Source of the DNA: Octopus vulgaris
Taxonomy: Eukaryota
Reading direction: 5' to 3'
Assembly: GCA_951406725.2 (NCBI GenBank)
Contig: OX597830.1
Coordinates: forward strand, 23,994,001 to 24,058,000
Length of the DNA: 64,000 bases
Under the pieces are notes generated by a model. The model did not search any database, had not been told where the DNA came from, and worked only from the letters and a program-made list of their open reading frames with translations. The position numbers and the translations under genes were made by a program. Positions 42,963 to 55,089 of the stretch are shown in pieces; the stretch's first letter is position 1, and the number at the start of each line of letters is the position of its first letter.

Positions 42963-44232
42963 CAGGGATTGGACAAAATAATGGAAACACCTAGCATCAC
43001 AGAATCATAATTTTGAAATATCTATAAACCGTAAAAAGCTTCTTTATTTTTATGTTTATTGATTTATTATTAGTGTTGCTTAATATATTTTACTAAAATT
43101 GCTCTTTCTTTTCAGATATCATCAGAAAAGGGCAATTAAAATTCATTAAAATGACAGATCTATTGGACTTTCAAAGAGGTCAAATTGTTGTTGCTCGCAT
43201 GGCAGGCGCTAGCGTAACGAAAACAGCCAAAATGTTTGGTGTATCAAGAAGTACTGTCTCAAAAGTAATGATACTCTTTGAGAAAGAGGGAAAAATCTCC
43301 TCGTCGAAACAAGTCTCTGGAATAAGATCGAAACTTTCAGATAGGGACCGTCGGACTCTTATGCAAATTGCTAGAAAGGATCACAAAAGTACAGCTCCCC
43401 AAATTACTGCAAAGCTTAATGACCACCTCGGGAACCCAGTTTCCATATAAAACTGTCCGCCGGGAGCTGCAAAAGCCGGATTTAATGGGAGGGCCGCAAT
43501 CAAAAAACCACTACTTTCAAAAACAAACGCTGCAAAGCGTTTAGAGTGGAGTAAAAACCTACGGAATTGATCCCCAGAGTAGTGTAAGAATGTTATTTTC
43601 TCTGATTATGCATCCTTTACCTTATTTCCAACCACCGGCCGACTATACGTATGGAGACAGCCAAAAGAAACATTTGACCCAGACTGCCTTCTTCTAACTG
43701 TTAAAGATGGAGAGCAATCTGTGATGATCTGGTGGGGCTATATCTTGGAAATCCGCAAGTACAATGGTTTCCCTTCATGGCAGAATTAATAGTCAAGACT
43801 ATTTAAGCATTTTATCCAATCAAATTCATCCTATGGTTGCGGAAATGTTTTACGGAGGGAAATGCAATCTTTCAGGATGACAATGCACGAATTCATACAG
43901 CTAAAGTTGTTACTGAATGACATGAGGAACATTCTAGTGAAGTTGAACATCTAATCTGGCCACAACAGTCTCCAGATCTCAATATTATTGAACATTTATG
44001 ATGCATTTTAGAAAAAGAAGTAAGGAGTTGATATCCTTCACCATCATCACTACAAGAACTGGAGACTATTTTAGCTGAAGAATGGAGGAAAATTCCTCTG
44101 GAAACAATTCAAACTTTGTACAAGTCCATACCTCGTAGAATTCAAGTGTAATTACTACCAAAGGCGGTCCTACCTCATATTAAAATAAATTTGTTTGAAA
44201 TTTTAAAGTGTTTCCGTTATTTTGTCCAGCCC

Positions 44233-44235
<3 letters not shown>
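42963..44235 (+). mobile_element. Full-length decayed Tc1-like transposon (1273 bp), DD36E spacing
   Basis: 28-bp TIRs cagggattggacaaaataatggaaacac / caggggctggacaaaataacggaaacac; TA on both sides. Confidence 0.95.
43151..44183 (+). pseudogene. Tc1-family transposase pseudogene (about 344 codons)
   Basis: Paired-like HTH (FQRGQIV...FGVSRSTVSKV), KKPLL, VIFSD, FQDDNARIH, WPQQSPDLNIIEHL, KGGPTSY*; multiple stops and frameshifts. Confidence 0.95.
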
Positions 44236-44323
<88 letters not shown>

Positions 44324-44699
44324 CACAGCCAAACCTTGCATCTTATGCACAGTATAATTCCGCAAAGTTTTAGAATGCTCAAGGTAGCTTACAATAAAGA
44401 AAAGCAAACAAAGATTCGTTCTTAAAATATAGAACTCTTCTAACAGAATATTACAGAATATTATCGGAATTACGTTAACAAACACATTTTGTATAAATTC
44501 TACAAGGAGCGGAAGTACAAATACAAGATCTTAATATGAATATTGCTTTAAGGCGGAGAGATGACAGAATAGTTAGTAGGTCGGATAAAATGCTTAGCGG
44601 CAAAAGATTGAGAAGAAAATGGCGTAATTAGATTGAGAGAAATATCGCTTGACGTTACAAATGCAAATTCTCTTACAAAATAAGAAGTGGAAGGCAAAC

Positions 44700-44918
44700 A
44701 GGAAGGCAGCGAGCTGGTAGATTTGTTAGTACGCCGGACAAAATGTTTAGCAGTATTTCGTACGTCTTTATGTTCTGTGCACAAATGCCACCGAGGTCTA
44801 CTTTGCCTTTTATCCTTTCGGTGTCGATAAAATAACTACCAGTCGAGCACCAGCGTCAATGTAATCAACTTATTCAGACCCGAAATTGCTGGCCCTGTGC
44901 CAAACATTGAAACCAATA
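44700..44918 (+). mobile_element. SINE family B
   Basis: ggcagcgagctggtaga...ttgccttttatcctttcgg...gaaattgctggccctgtgccaaacattgaaaccaat. Confidence 0.88.
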
Positions 44919-45035
44919 TGATATTCAGATCACCAACCTAGAAAGATGTCTTTGTATTAACCCAAAGTTGTCTCTGTTGGAGTACTCTATGTTCAATCCG
45001 GCACAATATGTGAATCGCGGATCGTAAGATTTCCC

Positions 45036-45350
45036 ATTCTTTTATTTTATCAATGATTTCAGTCGTAGGATTGCGACCATTCTGGAGCACCGCCTTATTT
45101 CATTTCGTATCAGTTTTTCTGTCGTTTGATGCCTGGAAGTTGGTCTATGATTAAGTTTGCAGCAGTTGATCTTCCCTGAGTATACCCTTGTATGTTTGAC
45201 TAGTCCGCTATAGTTCCCAGGAGCTGATCCAAAGTTTTTTGAATGCTTCAGTAGAAGTTCCTTTTATATATCTGATTTCTTAAGGTAATCAACTGAACAG
45301 CTGAGAACCTCTAAACATCAGACTAGTACAATAGAGTTTTCTTGCTCATG
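45036..45350 (-). mobile_element. Decayed 3' end of a CR1-type LINE (ORF2 C-terminus plus 3' UTR)
   Basis: Minus translation SLMFRGSQLFS*LP*EIR...AFKKTLDQLLGTIAD...ANLIIDQ (one frameshift) matches the CR1-type pattern LFNxLPxxIR...FKxxLDxxL...PDxP...NSLxxQ. Confidence 0.7.
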
Positions 45351-45753
45351 GTTTCGAAAACGGTGTATCGAACTCCAGACACAACTTTTCATAGTAACTA
45401 CATTGTAAAAAACGTGCAAACGGTAAACAGATAGCCTGATTTTACTTCTTTATTTCTAATATATAAACAATTCCTTAGCCCTCGTTCTGCCAAACTTTCT
45501 CTTCTTTTAAAGAAGTTCTCGTAGTAAAGATACAGAACGAATGATTCATCTTTTTGCTAAAACTCATTCTTACACTGTGGTTGTCCCCTCCTCTGGCATT
45601 TTTTTTTTATACGCTAGTTGCTTTTTTCCTCGAAATTCTCTTCTTGTTAAACTATCTTCCTTGTTTCGTAGATAAATATGATCTTAATTCTTTCAAATTC
45701 TATATTTATTGTTTTGTGATTTGGGGAACAACTTAAATATTGTAAATTTCAAC

Positions 45754-45825
<72 letters not shown>

Positions 45826-45829
<4 letters not shown>

Positions 45830-45943
45830 CTGCTCGCTTAGCCAGCGGGGTGGCGTCATTCGAAGGCTAAAACAATGCGAACGCATTGTGACCAGCGATG
45901 TGTAACAACATCTGATGGTCTGGTCGGTCACGTGATCACGTGA
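45826..45943 (+). mobile_element. Short GC-rich insert in (TA)n, probable retroelement 3' end
   Basis: Flanked by (TA)n both sides; ends in repeated tcacgtga. Confidence 0.5.
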
Positions 45944-45974
45944 TATATATATATATATATATATATCATACGCG

Positions 45975-46120
45975 CTTCTATCATACAGTTACTATCTAAT
46001 ACATTCATTCACAAAGCATTGGTCAGTCCGGAGTTATAGTAAAAAGCACTTGGCCGAAGTGCCACGTAAGGGGACAGTTGAAATCCACGTGTTTGCAAAG
46101 CGAACTTCTAAACCACACGG
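45975..46120 (-). mobile_element. SINE family A head (diverged)
   Basis: attcacaaagcattggtc...tatagt...cacttggcc; similar head-only fragments at 11390-11525 (-) and 23175-23280 (+). Confidence 0.7.
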
Positions 46121-46381
46121 TCATTTCTTCTTTTACACCTTACTTCTTTTACATCTTGCATTGACCGTTTTATGATTCTTGGGGAAAATTCTCATTAAAA
46201 ATTAGAAATATATTTTTCTTTCCGTTTCATTTTAGCTCTCAAAATACTACATCGTTGCTTGAGGGCTGATATGATATTGGTTCCTTACGACCTTGTTACA
46301 ATAAAAAGAACGAAAAGAAAAAGAATTATCTTCCTGGGGTTACCTGAAAATAGCAAGAGTTAAGTTGCCTTCAAGGTATAT

Positions 46382-46594
46382 TGGCTTCAAATTTCGATAC
46401 AAGTCTAGCAATTTTGGGTGACGGGAATAGTCGATTACATCGAGTCCCATGCTTAACTGGTACTTATATTATCGCGTCCGAAAAAATGAAAGGTAAAGTC
46501 GGACACGGTGGAATTTGAACTCAGATCATAAAGACAGACGAAATGCCGTCAAGCATTTTGTCCGACGTGCTAACGATTCTGCCAGGTTACCGCC
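46382..46594 (-). mobile_element. SINE family B
   Basis: Reverse complement of the family B pattern. Confidence 0.85.
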
Positions 46595-47425
46595 TTTGTC
46601 TTCAATGTATATGATGCACATGAATCACTTCTTTTCTAACCAGTAATTTCAGCGGTAATGAACGCGACTTAAGGCCTCTCTTTGCAACAACTAATGACAT
46701 AAACCATTAGCAAATATAATACAGTAAATCTTATATTCACCAACAAATGAGAACTGATATAAAACGTTCGAATTAACCCTTTCTTTCTCAGACCATTCTA
46801 TTATTGAGCACTCACTGTAAAACACAGAAAATTATCAGCCGATTAGGAACTATAAATCGTACAAATTTCTATTCTTGGAAATTGATTGATTGGAAAGCAA
46901 TCGAGGTTCATTTGCGAAGAGTAGATTAGTGAATAAAATTTCGAACAATTAAGGCTGGCGACATAAACTGAATTTATATACAAATAAATAGTAACAATCT
47001 CACATTGACCTCAGGTATTAAAGTAATAATTCTTTCGGCTGTAGACTCAATGGCAGTATTTTTCCAGCGGCGTGCGCTCTCGGATTATTTCGAAGTTTGT
47101 ATCTGGCTGCTGTTATATTTTATTGACCCCGGACGGATGAAAGGGGAAATTGAGTTAAGGAGGGATAGGGTCTCAGAAGCTAAAGAGCTAAAAGAAATAC
47201 TAAAATGTCGTTTTTCCCATGATTATAGCAATTCAAACAATTCTGATAATTTAATAATTGTTTCTAATTCAGCCACATCTGATGAGGGATTTCTAAGAAC
47301 CGAAACCGATCAGCACAAATCAACACTAATAATTTACCCACCGGCAAGCTTCAGACTAGAGTTATTTCGTAGTTAACTTAATTCTCCATGTCGCTGTCTA
47401 TATTTATCTCTTTCTCTCTTCTCCT

Positions 47426-47456
<31 letters not shown>

Positions 47457-47498
47457 GTATATACATACATACATACATACATACATACATACATACAT

Positions 47499-47543
<45 letters not shown>

Positions 47544-47555
47544 TAGATAGATAGA

Positions 47556-47902
47556 CTCAAGATCAGTGAAAAAGAGAATAGCTATGCTAAACTATTGAGA
47601 AATCTGCAGTTACTCTCTCCAGATTATAAGTACAGGTTTATACCTGTAATTATTGTGGTCTTAGGATATGTAACACACTGCCTAAATACCAATCTTGAGA
47701 AATCCACCTTCTCAAAATCAGAAAGGAGAAAGTTAATTCGAAGACTACAGATCCAATCCATCACTGGAACTGTAAAAATCTGTAAAACTTTCCAGAAGTT
47801 TATCACTTGAATATATATGAGCATGTCTAGATATGCATGTATGCATGAGAATACATACATAAGACGTACAAATCTGCACATACATATACATACATACATA
47901 CA

Positions 47903-47934
<32 letters not shown>

Positions 47935-48053
47935 CACATGCAAACAAAATACCCTGTTGTTGACGTTGAAATTCCAATGAAGGAACCTTGGATCTAGGTT
48001 AGAAACCGGTTCTTTCTCTATTGGCAAGAAATCTTGAAATAAACTGAATAATG
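47556..48053 (+). mobile_element. 3' fragment of another RLE-type non-LTR retrotransposon among tetranucleotide repeats
   Basis: [35 protein letters not shown]...IQSITGTVKICKTFQKFIT* (cf. KxxxYxxL...IPvIiGaLG), followed by a 3' UTR with AATAAA. Confidence 0.75.
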
Positions 48054-48113
48054 ACATACATATGTACATGTATGCATGTATATATATATATATATATATA
48101 TATACATACATAT

Positions 48114-48146
<33 letters not shown>

Positions 48147-48170
48147 TACATATATATATATATACGTATA

Positions 48171-48204
<34 letters not shown>

Positions 48205-48209
<5 letters not shown>

Positions 48210-48420
48210 AGAGTTCACGAAAAAAACAAAAGACGAAGACAGGTGGTGTAGAAAACAAACAGATGTATTAGTATAACGCTCAGGAATTGAAAAAGTATTT
48301 TACGCTTCGAGCCTGTGCTCTTCTACAGAGAGAGACAAAAAAAGAAACAAGGAGAGAAAAAAATGTGTGTAGTGCCTACCGATCTATCATGGCAACTGCC
48401 GGACAGAAGGGTCACAAAAT
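48205..48420 (-). mobile_element. Penelope-like terminal-repeat fragment (family 1) with hammerhead motif
   Basis: Minus: CTGTAGA-a-GAGC-acag-GCTC-GAAGC-GTA. Confidence 0.7.
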
Positions 48421-48649
48421 ATATATACAAATATATATATGTGTGTGTATATATATATATATATATAATGTGTATATATTCCTCTTTATGTATCTATCCA
48501 TCAACACAAACATATGTGTACATATATATGCACGAGAATCTGTATGCATGTATGTATGTATGTATGTGTAGATAAATAGATAGACAGATAGACAGACAGA
48601 TTTACATCATATTTCGCAGCAAACTCTCAATTCTTTACTCCTATGTTAT

Positions 48650-48723
<74 letters not shown>

Positions 48724-48939
48724 ACCCTGTCTTGGTTCCATCGTGTGTCAGTACAGCTAAACATTAAAACCTAAACTAGTAACAAAACTCATATTGTCTA
48801 TTCAACTTTTCTGACATCTTTTGATATTTTTTTCGCATACCGTCATTTCGTTAAAATCAGTTTATTGCGCGGCTATAAACTACATTTATCTGCAACGGCG
48901 CCATGCCCGACATACATATGTATATCTGTACGCACGTAT

Positions 48940-49065
<126 letters not shown>

Positions 49066-49364
49066 TCACACACACTTATGTATACATATATACAATATAT
49101 GAATATATCTGTATGTACATATGTACAATGTATATATATCTACATATACATACATACATACATACATATATATATATAAATATAATATATATATATGTAT
49201 ATATATATATGTACACATGTACAATATATATACAGTATACATATATACATATCTGTATATACGTATGCACACACGCATACATCTATATACTATACATACA
49301 CGCACACACATATATATAATATATATAATACATGTATATGTGTATATTTATGTATGTATGTATA

Positions 49365-49399
<35 letters not shown>

Positions 49400-50299
49400 C
49401 CACTTATATATACATGTACACAGAGAGAAAAAGTATAGGTAGACTATTAGTAATAACATACATATAACGCATGCGCGCATGTGTGTGCGTGTCTATATAT
49501 ATATATGTATATGTATACAATATATGAAATATATACACATACAAATATATGCATAAATAAATATACCCATATATATAATATATAGACTAAAGTATATATC
49601 TATGCGTGTCTGTGTGTGCGCTACGTCAGTACTGAAACACACAGACGCACATACAGACGCACGCACACACACACACATACACACACATACACACACACAC
49701 ACACACGCACACACACACACGCATGCACAGAGAGGCACGCTGACATACACACATTATGCATTCCCTATGAAGCCTGAATTTATATTCAAGTCTCCCTTCG
49801 TTTTAGATTTGTATGTCATTAAGTGCGTATGTGTGTTTCTGTGTCTCAGTGTGCGTGTGTGTGCGTTTGTGCGTCTGTGTGTGCGTCTGTGTGTGTGTGC
49901 GCGCGCGCGCATGTGTGTGTGTGTGCGTGTGCGCGCGTCTGTATGCCTGCGTGTATTTATATATTTATATTTGATTACATTTTGATGTGAGCGATTTACA
50001 TAATACGCCACCATATTGGTAGCGCAAAACGCTTATTTGTCCATGAATGAAAATCTCTTAAGACGACGTCTGCCTATTTTAGTTCGGTGACCATTACTGC
50101 TTTGTTATTATTTCTAAATATTAGGCACCGTTTATCTTGGGACCCTGTACGTTATTATCGACATCGATCGATATCCCAAACGAAGGCCGAGCGATGGCGA
50201 CCGAAATTATCAACGAATATGTTTCTAATTGGAAATAATCGTATTGCTTCTGTCCGATTCTCGCACCATCGTCCCGTACTCCGCCAACGTGTCTAGTCC

Positions 50300-50701
50300 T
50301 CTTTCACACATACTACAATGATACTCACCACCACCAACACCACCATCACTACTACTACTACTACCACACCACCATCATCACCACCATCACTATAACCACC
50401 AGCACCGCCACCATCACTACTACTACTACTACTACCACCACCAATACTATATCTACTACTACTACTACTACTACTACTACCGCAACCAACACCAAAACTA
50501 TAATTACTACTAACTACTATTACTACTACCACCACCACCACAACTACTACTACCACCACCAGCACAACAACAACTGCTACTACTACTACTACTACCACCA
50601 TAACCAGCACCAGCACCAGCACCACTACTACTACTAGCGCCACCACCACCACCAAAACTACCACCAAAACCACCACCAAAACCTCCACCAAAACCACCAC
50701 C

Positions 50702-50739
<38 letters not shown>

Positions 50740-50790
50740 CACCACCAGTACTACTACAAGTAGTACTAATCACACCGATGAACACTAATA
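50300..50790. repeat. Degenerate (ACC/ACT)n trinucleotide tract
   Basis: Visible; source of the poly-V and G/S ORFs. Confidence 0.92.
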
Positions 50791-51239
50791 ATACCAAACA
50801 CTAAACAAAACAATTTTAAAATGTCTTTCCAAGTTCAGATCGACATTGTGAATAAAGGAAGCTGATAATTATTGTTTATATAAACATAACATGACCAGCC
50901 CCCTTTAAACTCGTTGGAGAGGTTGGGAAACATTCGATTAGTGTGACCCCGGTTCTTGTCTGGTGCTTCTTCCGTTGGATTCCGAGAGGACGAAATCTAA
51001 AAGTCGGTCATCCATAGAATTTGTTCTAGACATTTAATACATATATGTATGTGGGTGTGAGAGAGAGAAAAAGACAGAGAGAGAGAGAAAATGAGAGAGA
51101 GAGAGGGAGAGAAAGGGATAGAGAGAAGGAGAGAGACAGAGAGGAAGATAGACAGAGAGGGAGAGTAAGTGTTTGTGTGTATGTATGTATACATGTATGA
51201 AAATACATTTATATATGTATATACATGTATAAAGTTGAT

Positions 51240-51440
51240 CCAAACATGAAAACACAAAGAGAAAACACAACAACGCGAGGACGTGGAACAAATATAGTAT
51301 TATTGGACGCTCAGGAAAGAAGGAAAGAAGGAGGGTTTAACGTTTCGAGCGGAGCTCTTCGTCGGAAACATAGGAGAAGGAAAGATCCAGATAAGGGAAG
51401 ACGAAGGAAAAAATCGCCAACGGTACACACGTGGTCACAT
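51240..51440 (-). mobile_element. Penelope-like terminal-repeat fragment (family 2) with minimal hammerhead
   Basis: 51335-51369 minus: gttt-CCGACGA-a-GAGC-tcc-GCTC-GAAAC-GTT-aaac; homologous to 62590-62778. Confidence 0.72.
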
Positions 51441-51456
51441 GTATGTGTGTGTGTAT

Positions 51457-51494
<38 letters not shown>

Positions 51495-51652
51495 GGTGTC
51501 GAAACTGTAATGATTTTTGTTAGATAACAGATGAAGGTTTCAACGTGTTCAAGTCCATTGTATGTACTTCTTCCTGTTTTCCCTATGTTCCTCTGTCGAC
51601 CGCCTGCGCTACGTTTCACACAAACACGCACACACACTCACACTCACACACA

Positions 51653-51687
<35 letters not shown>

Positions 51688-51868
51688 GCACACAGTGCGA
51701 AGAAGGTTAGCTGTCCAAAATCTGGAAATCATTGGAAATCATTGTTAGCCGTGTCTTATACGTTTAATGAATATATACTCTTAGAAATGTCTTGAGTAAT
51801 TCTTCATCGTTAATGTTACTTTGTATTTAGCATTTATCAATAAAAACAAACATATATACAAATATACA

Positions 51869-52598
51869 CGATGGCCGTCCACTCTTGACCGAGGAAGACT
51901 ATCACTGACCATTGTCCGTCAAAATACTAGGAAAGCTCGCGCATGAGCTTATTACACCTGCGGCTGACTTCGCCTGCGTTCGCACCCACGTCATTCATGC
52001 TCGCCGCAGCGCCCACCTACTCGAGCGGGTATCGGAAAATCGTCTCGCCGGTGATAGTACAACCTAAAATTTTAAATCCAATAAGGCTTACACAGCACCC
52101 CGCGTACCCATTTCACCGTAGTGACACGATTCAAGGATAAAGGGGACAAGCTATCCATTGATAACATGAGTCTCAGGTTCAGGAATTTGGGAACTCCATG
52201 ACCTGAAACGCAAGCAAACGATCCTCAAATTATTCAATGTCACTCCCTGCAGATCTGGTTTTATATCAAGAGTGACATTCTCTTTGAGACATACTTTCAC
52301 AAAGATATCAGGCCCCTCACTCTCAGTGGTCTCCCAGCACGCCGGAGACCAACCCGATATCTCTGAGGACCCATGCTATTGATAGACTGTCGTTAAAGTT
52401 ATACTAGGTTCATCCGCCGTCCTTTTGACAGGTTAGGTTTTTAGTTCTTGTGAGTTTCTAACAACTCCCCAAACAAGGAAAACCTAGTGGGCGTGTCGGT
52501 TTAGTCAGCGACGACCGACCCAACATGCAACAGGTTGAGAGCTTGTACAAGAATGCATCATGTTACCAGTAGCACCCATTAGAGACCTCACAAGTGAA

Positions 52599-52603
<5 letters not shown>
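51869..52603. other. Hairpin-rich non-coding element of unknown class, probably an interspersed repeat
   Basis: GC-richer than its surroundings, at least six local inverted repeats, bounded by TA-rich sequence. Confidence 0.45.
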
Positions 52604-52653
<50 letters not shown>

Positions 52654-52682
<29 letters not shown>

Positions 52683-52712
52683 TAAATATATAAAATACAT
52701 ATCTAATAGATT

Positions 52713-52760
<48 letters not shown>

Positions 52761-53059
52761 TATTTATATATATATATGTGTGTGTGTGTATACATACATA
52801 CATTATATAAATATGTATAAGGATATTATTGTTTATAATATCAATAGCATAGCATGCATAAAAAGACAGAAAGGTATGTATATATGCATATATACATATA
52901 TTCATGCGATATAGAATATATATGTGTGTATGTATGTGGGTGGGTGGGTGGGTGAAAGCACATGGCTCAGTTGTTAGAGCGTCGGTATGTATGTATGTAT
53001 GTATGTATGTATAAATATATAAAATACATATCTAATAGATTGCAATATATGCTATATAT

Positions 53060-53093
<34 letters not shown>

Positions 53094-53308
53094 GTCTGTG
53101 TGTGTGTGTGTGTATACATACATGCATTATATAAATATGTATACGGATATTATTGTTTATAATATCAATAGCATAGCATGCGTAAAAAGACAGAAAGGTA
53201 TGTATATATGCATATATACATATATTCATGCGATATAGAATATATATGTGTGTATGTATGTGTGTGGGTGGGTGTGTGAAAGCACATGGCTCAGTAGTTA
53301 GAGCGTCG
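52654..53308 (+). repeat. Tandem duplication of a unit of about 325 bp (junction near 52985)
   Basis: Both units run from (TATG)n to gaaagcacatggctcagt.gttagagcgtcg. Confidence 0.92.
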
Positions 53309-53632
53309 AGCTTACGATCATGAGGTTGTGAGTTCGATTTCCAAACCGGACTGCGTCATGTTTTCTTGAGCGAGACACCTTATTTCACGTTGCTCCAGTT
53401 CACGCAGCCTGTGGAAATGGTTTGCAAAGTTACTGGTGCCAAGCTGTATCGGGCAAAGGCCGATACAGCTTGGCACCTTGGATAACATCGGTGGCGTGGA
53501 GCGGGGAGGCTGCTATGCATGGACGACTGCTGGTCTTCCATAAAAACAACCTTAAGCTTTCCGCCCAGACTTGTACTCCAGAGGGGAACATCTTAGGTGC
53601 ACCCATGGCCATTCGTGACCGACGGAGTCGCG
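53277..53632 (+). mobile_element. tRNA-derived SINE (family D-like head, distinct tail)
   Basis: A box tggctcagtagttagagc, B box gttcgatttcc, core tcttgagcgagacac...ttgctccagttcac. Confidence 0.85.
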
Positions 53633-53700
53633 TTTGAGTTTATGTATGTATGTATGTATGTATGTATGTATGTATGTATGTATGTATGTATGTATGTATG

Positions 53701-53755
<55 letters not shown>

Positions 53756-54297
53756 GCATCTATGTATCACATACTGAACGTTTGTGTGCTCCTGAAACAC
53801 ATACGTTCAGGACTGCAGTTTTCCGTCCGGTGGACGTCCAGATAGGAGGACACAATAAAGGTCAGAAGCAGGCGAAATGAAATCGCCCCGGAAGCGAAAA
53901 CGGGAATGGCAGATATAGTATTTCACTGTTAATGCAGCTTATCAATGTGGCGCACACGCCTGACTGTCGAAGAAATCTACATTGCATGGCGTCCAGAGTG
54001 TAAATATTTTCTTTATCTTATCCATTTGGAAGTATGTGACTATCAGAAAAATATATGCTTTTATCTCGTATGTCGTTTGTATAAATATCAGACGAGTTTT
54101 GTTATTGCCGACGCTTTGCTTCATTTGTATAATTGTTGCTATACTACTCGGCAGGATTACGTAAAATGAGAACGCTATATATAATCGTGTTGTTGATCTT
54201 CTTGGTTTCTCCCTTGCTTTGTTTTTCTTGTTACTGTTGTTATTCACCATGTTATTAACGTGGCTTTTTTGTCGCTATTATTATTATCATTATGATA

Positions 54298-54518
54298 AGG
54301 CAGCGAACTGGCGGAATTTTTAGCACGCCGGACGAAACGCTTAGCAGTATATATATATCGTCCGTCGCAACGTTCTGACTTCAAATTCTTCCGCGGTCTG
54401 CTCTGCCTTTCATCTTTTCGGGGGTCGATAAATTAAGTACCAGTGAAAGACTGGGGTCGATGTAATCGACTTATCACCTCCCCCAAAATTTCAGGCGTCG
54501 TGCCTATAGTAGAAAGAC

Positions 54519-54520
<2 letters not shown>
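54298..54520 (+). mobile_element. SINE family B ending in (TTA)n
   Basis: Head/core plus gataaattaagtaccag...ggggtcgatgtaatcgact, tail gtgcctatagtagaaag. Confidence 0.88.
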
Positions 54521-54552
<32 letters not shown>

Positions 54553-54567
54553 TACTACTACTACTAC

Positions 54568-54630
<63 letters not shown>

Positions 54631-54808
54631 GTTTTTTCCTTCTTTCTTCAAATTTTCTTCCGTTTCTCACCGAGTGTTTTCCATACACCTAGGCCAGAGA
54701 AGCTCATTGTATGCATTCCCAGATCACACGCGCAAATTCACAGATAGAATATGTATTTAAAAATTAATAAATAAATAAATTCATGGATGAATGTTGTTTT
54801 CACATGGA

Positions 54809-54886
<78 letters not shown>

Positions 54887-54890
<4 letters not shown>

Positions 54891-55055
54891 TAGTTTTATT
54901 TTTATAGCGTGCTTTCACTTCACTACCGAGCGCAGCTCTGTGTGCCTTGGGTATGTGCTGTGATTTGTTGTGATGCTCTGATGGTTATTGTATGGAAAGT
55001 GTTCTGCGTAGGATGTGTGCAGTGCCTAGTAGTGCAATTTTCTGTATGTTATATG

Positions 55056-55059
<4 letters not shown>
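54887..55059 (-). mobile_element. 3' end of the same R4/Dong-like element as 26451-26986, in (TTA)n
   Basis: Near-identical reverse complement of 26812-26986; (TTA)n on both sides. Confidence 0.92.

Positions 55060-55089
<30 letters not shown>

Noticed and set aside
50293-50797. Gly/Ser-rich or mucin-like ORF
   Set aside because: Degenerate (ACC/ACT)n tract with no splice or domain support.
51995-52035. Weak resemblance to antisense 28S rRNA (gcgcccacctactcg)
   Set aside because: Too short and not colinear with rRNA as far as I can judge; no rRNA called.
53774-53810. Short hairpin ctgaacgt-t-tgtgt / acaca-t-acgttcag
   Set aside because: Stem of about 13 bp is too short for a pre-miRNA and expected occasionally by chance.
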